Shown here piece after piece: positions 63,487-64,000 of a DNA stretch of 64,000 bases. The notes under the pieces were generated by a model. The model made no database searches. It saw nothing but the letters and a program-made list of their open reading frames with translations, and was not told where the DNA came from. The DNA is from Deltaproteobacteria bacterium (lineage in GTDB: Bacteria > Desulfobacterota > Syntrophobacteria > BM002): NCBI GenBank assembly GCA_037384945.1, contig JARRNM010000016.1, forward strand, positions 6,913-70,912, written 5' to 3'. The position numbers were made by a program, and so were the translations under genes. Numbering within the stretch: the stretch's first letter is position 1; every line of letters begins with the position of its first letter.

Positions 63487-64000
63487 ATGGCAAAGGTAAA
63501 TATAGGGGAGCAAACGTTCGTCCTACCCATGGCCACCACAATCCTTGGTTCTCGCCTGGAGGACCGACCTAACTTCATGGCCCTGGGTTGGCTAACCAGA
63601 GTCAATTTCAAACCGCCCATGCTCGGTGTGGCAGTCAATAAAGGGCACGGTTCCCATACAGCCATCGTCGACAAAGGAGAGTTCAGCGTCAACTTCCCCA
63701 CCGTCGAAATGGTGGAAATAGCTGATTACGTTGGGCTGGTATCAGGAAAAAGACAAGATAAGTCCAAACTTTTCAATCTTTTCTACGGCGAACTCAAGAA
63801 TGCTCCCATGATCAGCGAATGTCCACTTACCATGGAGTGCAAGGTGGTGAAAATAGTTGAATTGCCAAGCAACTCTTTTTTTATCGGCGAGATTGTGGGA
63901 GCTTACTCAGAAGAGCGGTTTCTTACGGACGGGGCGCCAGACATCAAAAAAATTAAGCCGTTCCTGCTTACTATGCCGGATAATGGCTACTGGTCGGTGG
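63487..64000 (+). CDS. Flavin reductase-like FMN-binding protein (flavoredoxin family); 3' end beyond the window
   Basis: Not in the track because it has no stop in the window. My translation is MAKVNIGEQTFVLPMATTILGSRLEDRPNFMALGWLTRVNFKPPMLGVAVNKGHGSHTAI... GAGGAG lies upstream. Confidence 0.7.
   Translation, partial: MAKVNIGEQTFVLPMATTILGSRLEDRPNFMALGWLTRVNFKPPMLGVAVNKGHGSHTAIVDKGEFSVNFPTVEMVEIADYVGLVSGKRQDKSKLFNLFYGELKNAPMISECPLTMECKVVKIVELPSNSFFIGEIVGAYSEERFLTDGAPDIKKIKPFLLTMPDNGYWSV

Overview
Chromosomal window of about 50% GC (by eye) with about 60 protein genes, nearly all housekeeping. The gene content suggests an anaerobic, Desulfobacterota-like (delta-proteobacterial sulfate-reducer or syntroph type) organism: a Qrc-like cytochrome c/molybdopterin/FeS/NrfD operon, citramalate synthase, NifS/NifU-type Fe-S genes, MoaA and many zinc-ribbon or Cys-rich small proteins. 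That assignment is an inference, not a database result. Gene blocks in order: PPIase; IscS-like/IscU; cbpA-cbpM-clpB heat-shock cluster; methyltransferase-like and ATP-grasp pair; carbamate kinase; APH/P-loop kinase; xth; rsmG; mnmE-jag-yidC-yidD-rnpA-rpmH; LysR regulator and qrcABCD-like operon; nadB; HAD; mazG; Bacillus-type large SRP RNA; cvpA; yjbQ; phoH-7TM-HD-ybeY; pdxJ-acpS-nnr-tsaE; lysC; cimA; comEA; PAS histidine kinase; moaA; tsaD; SDR; PAS-LuxR with a hydrolase; a stretch of decayed genes (methyltransferase, bcp, marC remnant); M50/CBS protease; PNPOx-like; uvsE; MoxR-VWA pair; flavin reductase. I found no rRNA, tRNA, CRISPR array, cas genes, transposase, integrase, phage genes or recognisable defence or toxin-antitoxin system. 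The unusual content is non-coding. Almost every intergenic spacer is built from tandem 7-nt (locally 9-nt) units whose sequence drifts gradually along the array while keeping one phase for up to about 390 nt. These arrays often run from the base after a stop codon to the next start codon, and they draw on a shared vocabulary of words and their reverse complements. Second, 7 or 8 genes are disrupted. Four or five frameshifts sit at homopolymer runs, which may be a sequencing artefact. One gene carries a 17-bp tandem duplication (xth) and several carry internal deletions. Other notes: the IscS homolog lacks the canonical PLP lysine; there is a hairpin-dense 600-bp spacer carrying a TGTCATTCTGAG palindromic element with a second copy 6.6 kb away; several small ORFs are missing from the track. 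I cannot point to a novel protein-coding system with confidence. The heptamer-array architecture is the strongest candidate for something under-described.
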